Made by a program: the position numbers and the translations under genes. From contig JBIIGV010000081.1 of the NCBI GenBank assembly GCA_044236265.1, forward strand, positions 1 to 12,582: 12,582 nt of DNA, given 5' to 3'. This stretch comes from Oligoflexales bacterium (GTDB lineage: Bacteria; Bdellovibrionota_B; Oligoflexia; Oligoflexales; RGVZ01). The notes below the pieces were generated by a model. The model was not told the origin of the DNA, made no database searches, and saw nothing but the letters and a program-made list of their open reading frames with translations. Below, piece by piece: positions 1-6,631 of this stretch. How positions within the stretch are numbered: the first letter of the stretch is position 1; every line of letters starts with the position of its first letter.

Positions 1-784
1 TGTAAAGCACATTTTCGTTTTGATCGCGAAAATGACGAGCCAGATTCATCGCCAAGACGGTTTTTCCAGTTCCAGCTTCGCCCTCCACACCCAAACGGTT
101 CACTCCCGTGACCGGACTCACCAAAATGTCGTGCATTAAATCACTTTCGGAAACCACAGCTTCATGGGTATCAATGTATTCACGGAGCAATGGTTTGGAT
201 TCAAAAGATGTCCCGATAAGAAGACGATCTAAGTCTTGTCCAACATCGGCAAATTTAAGAAAGTCCTCTCTATGAAACGAACGGACAACTTTTGCGAGAA
301 AGCCTTCGAGATTTTCAAGGCCTTTACGCCCAATCAGAACAGATTGCTCAATTGTTGAATGTACCGGAAACTCTGCTTCATCCACGCCAGGGAAACAAAC
401 AGCGTGGCTAACAGGAACATTAACGTTCTGAGCTCGTAAAAAACGCACAAAACGATTACGCCATGTAATAGCTTGCTGGAACGGATTTTTAATCAAAAAC
501 GATCGGCCATGGCGATTAATTGAAAAAAACTTGCCCGTATTACCATCGAGGCTGATTCTTCCGCCTTTTACCTCGAAAACAATCACGCCATGAGATGGAT
601 GGTAAAAGACAAAATCAATTTCACCATCTTTAACGCCCTCGCGTTCATCTTTCATTGAAAGCGTCACGGAGTAGTATACGCGCCAAGAATCAGGAAGCTC
701 GTCAGCCAAGGTATAAACCTGCTCTTCAGCCTGGCTTGCGAAAACGACCTCTGTGTTCTTGGTACTTGGGTATAGGAAAGCCAT
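1..784 (-). CDS. NERD-domain (PD-(D/E)xK) nuclease fused to a P-loop NTPase, probably an SF1/UvrD-like helicase; 3' end runs off the window
   Basis: Translated by hand (not in the ORF track). ATG at 784 with GGAG 8 nt upstream; the frame stays open to the window edge (261 codons). Sequence: MAFLYPSTKNTEVVFASQAEEQVY...GEIDFVFYHPSHGVIVFEVKGG...KNPFQQA (NERD-type E20, D57, E71-x-K73), then LGVEGEAGTGKTVLA (Walker A, nt 59-82) and ...NVLY. Confidence 0.88.
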   Translation of the reverse strand, partial: MAFLYPSTKNTEVVFASQAEEQVYTLADELPDSWRVYYSVTLSMKDEREGVKDGEIDFVFYHPSHGVIVFEVKGGRISLDGNTGKFFSINRHGRSFLIKNPFQQAITWRNRFVRFLRAQNVNVPVSHAVCFPGVDEAEFPVHSTIEQSVLIGRKGLENLEGFLAKVVRSFHREDFLKFADVGQDLDRLLIGTSFESKPLLREYIDTHEAVVSESDLMHDILVSPVTGVNRLGVEGEAGTGKTVLAMNLARHFRDQNENVLY

Positions 785-862
785 ATCATCACTCCGAATC
801 TGGTTGAGCAGGACACACGAAACCTTGGAGCCGTTGGAGCAACCCCTATACCAAGACAGGTG

Positions 863-890
863 ATTTTAAATCGCTTGTAAATTCAGACAA
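863..890 (-). promoter_or_regulatory. Possible sigma70-type promoter for the NERD-helicase gene
   Basis: Minus strand TTGTCT (890-885), 16 nt spacer, TAAAAT (868-863), about 80 nt upstream of the ATG at 784. The -10 lies inside the dyad GATTT-T-AAATC (862-872). Confidence 0.35.
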
Positions 891-915
891 TTAGGCGATC
901 AGCTGCCCCAATACC

Positions 916-952
916 TGTCAAAGAGCTCGACGAAGTGTCTAAAAATATTGCA
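916..952. promoter_or_regulatory. Candidate tandem upstream activator sites for a sigma54 enhancer-binding protein
   Basis: TGTC-AAAGAGCTC-GACG (916-932) and TGTC-TAAAAATAT-TGCA (936-952): two imperfect TGTC-N9-GACA dyads 20 bp apart, about 90-125 bp upstream of the predicted sigma54 start. Confidence 0.45.
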
Positions 953-983
953 AAAGCAGGGGTCGGATATGTCTAAATATCTG

Positions 984-996
984 TATTTATTGATTT
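984..996 (-). promoter_or_regulatory. Candidate IHF binding site
   Basis: Minus strand AATCAA-TAAA-TAC against consensus WATCAA-N4-TTR, in an AT-rich tract between the candidate enhancer and the -24 box. Confidence 0.4.
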
Positions 997-1013
997 AAGT
1001 AGCGCAATGTGTT

Positions 1014-1029
1014 TGGCATATGAATTGCT
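1014..1029 (+). promoter_or_regulatory. Sigma54 (RpoN) -24/-12 promoter of the CAP lipoprotein gene
   Basis: TGGCATA-TGAA-TTGCT against consensus TGGCACG-N4-TTGCW. GG (1015-1016) and GC (1027-1028) have the exact 10-nt spacing. It lies 50 nt upstream of the ATG at 1080. Confidence 0.78.
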
Positions 1030-1079
1030 TACTGAGCTCCGGTGCCCAGTTGTTGCCGTCATCTTATCGGAGGATTCCC

Positions 1080-1751
1080 ATGCTCTCATTTGGAAACGCA
1101 CGCCACCTAGTCTGCCTAAGTTTGATAGCTAGCAGCTTAATGACGGGCTGCTTACCTCAACAGCCAGCCAACACGGGAAGTTCCAGAAGAACGACGTCAA
1201 ACGGCGAAACCATTGGTGCCGACGCCAACGGCCCCACCGCAACCCTGCCACAATCTACAAATTCAAGCACCACGACATCGACTTCACCAACCTCGCAGCC
1301 AGTTAGCTCCGACTGCTACAAGGCCGAGGATTTTGTATGCAAGGTCGAACGTCTCATCACTGAAAAGACAAATAAATATCGTCAAAGTCGAGGCATGAGC
1401 CCTCTATCACATGACAGTAAAATATCTTTCGTCTCCCGTGACTGGAGTAAAAAGCAATCCAACTCTGGATCAATTGGTCATTCAGGATTTCCTTCCGCCC
1501 GCCAGAGTGTGTACAGAACTGAGTTTAATGAAAGTAGAAGTATGCGCGGAGAAAACGTCGCCTACACGGGAATGGTTGGTCGCACAGGGCAAGATGATGC
1601 TGCAGCAGAGCGCATAGCTGAAGCGTTTGCGAACATGTGGTGGAACAGTTCCGGACATCGTCGCAATATGCTTGGCAACTTCCAGCATATTGGCGTGGGT
1701 GTTGCTCAGCGTTCAAATGGCGCCTGGTACGCGACTCAAATCTTTAACTGA
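1080..1751 (+). CDS. CAP (SCP/Tpx-1/Ag5/PR-1) domain lipoprotein with Ser/Thr-rich linker, 223 aa
   Basis: Start moved from 1020 to ATG 1080: GGAGG at 1069-1073, and the 1020 ATG lies inside the sigma54 box. Signal peptide ends in lipobox-like LMTG-C24, followed by an S/T/P-rich linker. CAP motifs: NKYRQSRGMSPL, IGHSG, GENVAY, WWNSSGHRRNML, IGVGV, WYATQIF. Confidence 0.92.
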   Translation: MLSFGNARHLVCLSLIASSLMTGCLPQQPANTGSSRRTTSNGETIGADANGPTATLPQSTNSSTTTSTSPTSQPVSSDCYKAEDFVCKVERLITEKTNKYRQSRGMSPLSHDSKISFVSRDWSKKQSNSGSIGHSGFPSARQSVYRTEFNESRSMRGENVAYTGMVGRTGQDDAAAERIAEAFANMWWNSSGHRRNMLGNFQHIGVGVAQRSNGAWYATQIFN

Positions 1752-1758
1752 GAAAATT

Positions 1759-1794
1759 ATTGCCCCGGAGCTCTCAAAGGAGCTCCGGGGCAAT
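1759..1794. terminator. Probable bidirectional intrinsic terminator between the convergent CAP and aldolase genes
   Basis: Perfect 15-bp inverted repeat ATTGCCCCGGAGCTC (1759-1773) / GAGCTCCGGGGCAAT (1780-1794) with a 6-nt loop. It is flanked by AAAATT on the left and CTATTT on the right, which give U-rich tails on both strands. Confidence 0.85.
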
Positions 1795-1813
1795 CTATTT
1801 GCGTCAACTTCAA

Positions 1814-2854
1814 TTAAAGAAGATACTTCTTAGCCATTTCTTCAAGAGTCACTTGACGAATTTTCGACGCCATACCCGCCTGTCCAAAGGCAACCATACG
1901 ATCTTCGCAAACTTTGGCCATCGCAGATCTTGCAGGCTTTAGATAGCTGCGAGGATCAAACTCTTCAGGCTTTTCTGCGAAGAGTTGACGAATGGCTGCA
2001 GTTATCGCGATGCGGTTGTCTGTATCGACGTTAATTTTACGAACGCCATGCTTAATGCCCTCTTGAATTTCCGAAACCGGAACTCCCCAAGTCTGCTTCA
2101 TCTTGCCGCCATATTTATTCAGCCAATCCTGTAAATCTTGTGGAACCGACGACGACCCATGCATGACCAGATGTGTGTTCGGAAGTTTCTTGTGAATCGC
2201 TGCAACCCGCTCCATGGCGAGAATCTTGCCATCGGGTTTTCGAGTGAATTTGTAAGCTCCGTGTGATGTACCAATCGCGATTGCAAGAGCATCAACTTTG
2301 GTTCGTCGAACAAAATCTTCGGCTTCATTTGGATCCGTAAGAAGCTTGTCATGCGACAACGTGCCTTCAAACCCGTGTCCGTCTTCTTTGTCACCTTTTC
2401 CTGTCTCCAAGGATCCAAGGCAACCAAGCTCTCCCTCAACCGAAACGCCGATCGCGTGAGCGACCTTAACCACCTCAGCTGTGACGCGAACATTGTAGTC
2501 AAAGTCTGCTGGGGACTTACCATCTTCCTTCAAAGAACCATCCATCATGACGGACGTGAAACCCTGTTTGATGGCTGAGTAACAGGTTGCAGGACTATTG
2601 CCGTGATCCTGATGCATCACGATTGGAATATGAGGGTATAATTCAGCGGCAGCGAGCATCAAATGTCGCAGATAAGCATCTTGGCTGTACGAACGCGCAC
2701 CGCGTGAAGCCTGAACAATGACCGGACTATCCGTCTTGTGAGCGGCCTCCATGATCGACTGGATCTGCTCCATATTGTTGACGTTGAACGCCGCCACGCC
2801 GTAGTTATGTTCGGCTGCATGATCGAGGAGAACGCGAAGAGGGATAAGGGCCAT
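1814..2854 (-). CDS. fba: Class II fructose-1,6-bisphosphate aldolase (subtype B, CbbA/Fda-like)
   Basis: Motifs [94 protein letters not shown] upstream of the ATG. Confidence 0.97.
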   Translation of the reverse strand: MALIPLRVLLDHAAEHNYGVAAFNVNNMEQIQSIMEAAHKTDSPVIVQASRGARSYSQDAYLRHLMLAAAELYPHIPIVMHQDHGNSPATCYSAIKQGFTSVMMDGSLKEDGKSPADFDYNVRVTAEVVKVAHAIGVSVEGELGCLGSLETGKGDKEDGHGFEGTLSHDKLLTDPNEAEDFVRRTKVDALAIAIGTSHGAYKFTRKPDGKILAMERVAAIHKKLPNTHLVMHGSSSVPQDLQDWLNKYGGKMKQTWGVPVSEIQEGIKHGVRKINVDTDNRIAITAAIRQLFAEKPEEFDPRSYLKPARSAMAKVCEDRMVAFGQAGMASKIRQVTLEEMAKKYLL

Positions 2855-2911
2855 GGGCTTAAAACTCCGAGGGTTGGACTATGAACATCAATCTGCGAAA
2901 AGTTCTCACAA

Positions 2912-2940
2912 GATATACATCGCAACGTATCACTTTTCAA
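2912..2940 (-). promoter_or_regulatory. Possible sigma70-type promoter for fba
   Basis: Minus strand TTGAAA (2940-2935), 17 nt spacer, TATATC (2917-2912). The -10 lacks the conserved last T. Confidence 0.33.
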
Positions 2941-2980
2941 CAGAGCGAGCAGACCCCTGGTTTATTTTTATACAGACCCC

Positions 2981-4588
2981 TCATAAAGGAAGTATCTCTC
3001 CCCTCTCCCGTGCAGCACTCAAACAGTGCCATTTCCATGCCATTTTCAGATCCTCGGTCCCAACAACGTCCCGATCCTGAACGTCTGCTAACGTTCTCGC
3101 AACACGCAAACAGCGCACCAACGAGCGCGCACTGGTATAAGTCGGCATGACCGCTTCTACCATGTTTGCAGCCACCGCGAGCTCCAGACCAAACGTGTCC
3201 AATATTTTCGCAGCGGGAATATCCCTATTATGCAAGACACCCGTAAAACCGGATCTTTGCCCAGCCCGCTCACGGGCCCTCACGACGCGCTGCTGCATGG
3301 TACGCGTTTGATGTTTCCGTGAAACTGGTGCTTGCAACAAAGAGGCGCGTTGGTCAGCCGGCTCGTTCATGTTGATATGAATGTCGATGCGTTCCTGCAA
3401 TGGACCTGAGAGGCGATTTCGATAAGCCTGCATACGGGATGGTGGGCACTGACAAGTTCGCCTGCGACTGGCAAACCATCCACACGGACAGTTATTAGCG
3501 GCACTGACGAAGAGCACTCTGGCCGGCCATATGGCGGCACCAGCAGCACGGCTAACAGCGATTTCTCCGGTTTCAAGAGGTTCTCGTAAGCCTTCCAAAA
3601 CATCGCGACGGAACTCAGGCAGTTCATCAAGAAACAAAACACCACCACTAGCCAAAGCTAATTCACCAGGATGATGATGGCTCCCCAAGAGTGCCGATAA
3701 CGACGTAAAATGGTGGGGCGCGCGAAAAGGGGGAACTCCAGACAGGATAGAAGAATCAACCTGGCGTTGATTTGCCGTATGAGTCCGTAAGGCTTCAAAA
3801 TGCTCAAGCACACCCATCTTTGGAAGAATGCTGCTAATGCGGCGCGCAAACATGCTTTTACCCGTTCCTGGCGAGCCTCTCAGTAAAACACTATGCATTC
3901 CTGCTGCAACCACCATGGCGACCAGCCTCAAATCCTCCGACAAATCCATATCATCAAAGTCTGTGGCGCTGGTCACTAATGGGAGACTCTCGACGGTGTC
4001 GGTCTTTGGTTCGTAAACGCCTGTCTCTAGCCAACTTAAAACTTCATCCAGACAACTAAACCCCAAGCACTGCAGATTATCGACTCCTTGCCCTTCGAGC
4101 TCAGCAGAAACTCGTTTCAAGCAATTCAACTCCTGTAGATTCGACTCCGCCACCACCAGACCCTGCAGTCCTGCGGCCTTGGCAGCTGCGGCCCACCCGA
4201 TAATCCCGCTCACGGGTCGAAGCTGCCCATCCAAGCCGATTTCAGCGGCGAGTAACCATTGAGACAGGTCAATTGACCACGGCGTATCCCTCGTAATTTG
4301 AGCGAGTAAAACAGCCATACAAAGATCGAGATGACTTTGATCAATTTTTAGGTCACCAGGACTGACACTGATAAGAATCTTGCGGGCTGGTGCCGACCAC
4401 CCTAGACGCTCGAGAGCGGCCTTTGCGCGCTCCTTTCCGTCCTCACACACCTGACCCGCGTTGCCGATAATGACGATCCCAGTGAAACCTCGTCCCAAGG
4501 CACATTCAATTTTGACCGCCACGGGCCCAAGTGGCGCATGGGTTGCACTCCAACACGAGGCAACTCGATCTTCTTCTTCGTGATTCAT
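2981..4588 (-). CDS. comM: ComM/YifB-family Mg-chelatase-like AAA+ ATPase (competence/recombination helicase), divergent
   Basis: N-terminal Lon/ChlI-like domain (EIGLDGQLRPVSG), Walker A GSPGTGKS, PFRAPHH, Walker B GVLFLDELPEF, LREPLETG, CPCG...CQC zinc-type motif, RLSGPLQERIDI, SARSLVRCLRVARTLAD. RBS GGGAGG at 4600-4595. Confidence 0.92.
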   Translation of the reverse strand: MNHEEEDRVASCWSATHAPLGPVAVKIECALGRGFTGIVIIGNAGQVCEDGKERAKAALERLGWSAPARKILISVSPGDLKIDQSHLDLCMAVLLAQITRDTPWSIDLSQWLLAAEIGLDGQLRPVSGIIGWAAAAKAAGLQGLVVAESNLQELNCLKRVSAELEGQGVDNLQCLGFSCLDEVLSWLETGVYEPKTDTVESLPLVTSATDFDDMDLSEDLRLVAMVVAAGMHSVLLRGSPGTGKSMFARRISSILPKMGVLEHFEALRTHTANQRQVDSSILSGVPPFRAPHHFTSLSALLGSHHHPGELALASGGVLFLDELPEFRRDVLEGLREPLETGEIAVSRAAGAAIWPARVLFVSAANNCPCGWFASRRRTCQCPPSRMQAYRNRLSGPLQERIDIHINMNEPADQRASLLQAPVSRKHQTRTMQQRVVRARERAGQRSGFTGVLHNRDIPAAKILDTFGLELAVAANMVEAVMPTYTSARSLVRCLRVARTLADVQDRDVVGTEDLKMAWKWHCLSAARERGEILPL

Positions 4589-4605
4589 GTTAGTCCTCCC
4601 TAAGC

Positions 4606-4621
4606 ATCATGACGTCATGAT
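4606..4621. promoter_or_regulatory. Perfect 16-bp palindrome, candidate operator upstream of comM
   Basis: ATCATGACGTCATGAT is its own reverse complement and lies 5 nt upstream of the comM RBS, in the divergent comM/argS spacer. Confidence 0.45.
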
Positions 4622-4839
4622 AGGCTCCAGTAGAGGGGTCTGCCGCAGATATGTGGCGTCCTCACGTCGACTGGAACCAGGAGACTCGAAAGACTTAACC
4701 AACCAACCTCAATGCGATAATTGCTCGCTAAATCCACTACCCTGCGCCACCCAAATTTGCTAATGTCCCCACACGTTAAAGTCTATCCGCGTCATTCATG
4801 CTCGATTGCCGAGTGATGTCAGTTATTGAGAGGCCCTCA

Positions 4840-6630
4840 ATGAGCATTTCCCTAGATCCATGCAAGGACTATCTTGCGCAAACCATTCTTGCGACACTAT
4901 CCGGCTTGAATACAGCTGAACCGCTAAATATTTCAGAGTCTGATATTTTCAGTATGCTCGAAAAACCGCCCCAGGATGACATGGGGGACTTTGCACTTCC
5001 TTGTTTCCGTTTTGCAAAAGCTCTAAAACTTCCACCACCCAAGGTAGCAACCGCGATCGCTGAAGCTTTGCAAAAAGACTCCAGCGGCTGGATTAGTCGA
5101 TCCTCGACGGTGAACGCATTCTGCAATATTTACGTCGACAAAAATAAAATGGCCGCTTCGATTATTCCCAACGTCTTGTCGGGCCATGCCTTTCAGTATC
5201 CTATTGCGCCAGAAAACACTCGGGCGCGCGTGATGATCGAATACTCTCAGCCAAACACACATAAAGAGTTCCATGTAGGCCACATTCGTAATGTGTGTCT
5301 TGGCAGCTGTCTGGTGAAGCTATTTAGATACTGCGGCTATCATGTGGTCGCCGCCAATTATTTTGGCGACGAGGGCACCCACATAGCAAAATGTCTTTGG
5401 ATGATGAAGCGACTGGGAAAAAGCCCTTCAACGAATGACGACAAAGGTGCATGGCTCGGAGATATTTATGTCCAAGCAACAAAAGCACTAGATGAGGCCA
5501 GCGCCGAAGATCGGTTGCGTTACGACAGCGAAATCTCCCAAATTCTAGCCGGGATTGAGAGCAAAAACGGTGAATGGTATCAACTATGGAAAGAAACTCG
5601 CACTTGGTCGCTTGATGCTTACAAGTCAATTTACAAATGGATCGGTGCAGAATTTGACCGCGATTTCTTCGAATCCGAGGTTAGCGAAGAATCGCAAACA
5701 ATCGTCAGTGAATATTTGCAAAAAGGAGTGTTTAAGGAAGATCAAGGAGCCATTGGCGCTGATTTGGCTAATGACAAACTAGGGTTTATGCTGGTTCGCA
5801 AACGTGACGGCAACACATTGTATGCCACTAAGGACCTAGCACTTGCCAAGCGAAAATTCGAAGAATTCAAAATTGATCGCTCAATTTATGTTGTTGCCAA
5901 TGAGCAAAACCATCACTTTAAACAGGTGTTTAAAACCCTTGAACATATGGGCTTTTCTCAAGCATCGAAATGTTATCACTTAAGCTACGGAATGGTCGTT
6001 TTGCCGGAGGGCAAAATGAGCTCAAGAGCAGGAAACACTGTTCCGTTCATGCGTCTAAAAGACTCGATTTTGTCAGAGCTCCATCAAATTCTTGATAAAT
6101 ACAAAGAGGAATGGCCAACTGACGAAATAAATGAAACGGCTAAAAGACTCTGCATCGGCGCCTTGAAGTATGGAATGCTTCAGGCTGACCCAGCCCGGGA
6201 AATCGTGTTTAACCTGAAAGATTGGTTAAGCTTCGAAGGCAATACTGGGCCATATTTGATGTACAGCTATGCAAGAACGATGTCCATTCTGCGTAAAGCA
6301 GCTGATTCTGGTCACAAACCTTGGAGCGCGATCGACATCAAGCAAAACTCATTTGACCTGACAGCGCAGAGCGAACACGAATTATTACGCGCCATTTATG
6401 ACTTCAACTCCGTCGTTCAGGACGCCACCGAGCAATGCAGACCGAGCCATCTTTGCACGCATCTCTATTATATGTGCAAGGCTTTCAATCGTTTCTATAG
6501 CGATGTGCCGGTACTCAAGGCTGACAGTCCCGACTTGATCTGCATGCGGTTAAGTCTAATCTCTGCATTTGCACAAACCCTACGGCAAGGGCTCTTGTTA
6601 CTTGGCATAACACCGCCTGAACGCATGTAA
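4840..6630 (+). CDS. argS: Arginine--tRNA ligase
   Basis: N-terminal GDFALPCF, HIGH region EYSQPNTHKEFHVGHIRN, RDGNTLYATKDLA, YVVANEQ, GKMSSRAG, FEGNTGPYLMYSYAR, FNRFYSDVPVL and the characteristic C-terminal PERM. Start set at ATG 4840 (GAGAGG at 4828-4833) rather than 4798. Confidence 0.97.
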   Translation: MSISLDPCKDYLAQTILATLSGLNTAEPLNISESDIFSMLEKPPQDDMGDFALPCFRFAKALKLPPPKVATAIAEALQKDSSGWISRSSTVNAFCNIYVDKNKMAASIIPNVLSGHAFQYPIAPENTRARVMIEYSQPNTHKEFHVGHIRNVCLGSCLVKLFRYCGYHVVAANYFGDEGTHIAKCLWMMKRLGKSPSTNDDKGAWLGDIYVQATKALDEASAEDRLRYDSEISQILAGIESKNGEWYQLWKETRTWSLDAYKSIYKWIGAEFDRDFFESEVSEESQTIVSEYLQKGVFKEDQGAIGADLANDKLGFMLVRKRDGNTLYATKDLALAKRKFEEFKIDRSIYVVANEQNHHFKQVFKTLEHMGFSQASKCYHLSYGMVVLPEGKMSSRAGNTVPFMRLKDSILSELHQILDKYKEEWPTDEINETAKRLCIGALKYGMLQADPAREIVFNLKDWLSFEGNTGPYLMYSYARTMSILRKAADSGHKPWSAIDIKQNSFDLTAQSEHELLRAIYDFNSVVQDATEQCRPSHLCTHLYYMCKAFNRFYSDVPVLKADSPDLICMRLSLISAFAQTLRQGLLLLGITPPERM

Positions 6631-6631
6631 A

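Noticed and set aside
825..840. Short direct repeat TTGGAGC x2, and (AACC)x3 at about 4697-4708
   Set aside because: Too short to distinguish from chance; no array structure.
1020..1079. ORF-track start for the CAP gene at 1020
   Set aside because: This ATG lies inside the sigma54 box and has no RBS. ATG 1080 has GGAGG and gives a proper lipoprotein signal.
1814..2854. Calvin-cycle interpretation of the CbbA-like aldolase
   Set aside because: This subtype also serves glycolysis and gluconeogenesis in heterotrophs, and no RuBisCO or phosphoribulokinase genes are in the window.
4607..4702. 31-codon minus-strand ORF (TTG start; MVKSFESPGSSRREDATYLRQTPLLEPIMTS) ending in the palindrome upstream of comM
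   Set aside because: Weak start, only 4 nt from GAGG, no recognisable motif, and its length is within chance expectation.
4798..4839. ORF-track start for argS at 4798
   Set aside because: No RBS there; ATG 4840 has GAGAGG at 6-nt spacing.
4589..4839. Possible T-box riboswitch or ncRNA in the argS leader
   Set aside because: No T-box consensus (TGGNACCGCG-like) and no terminator/antiterminator hairpin visible.
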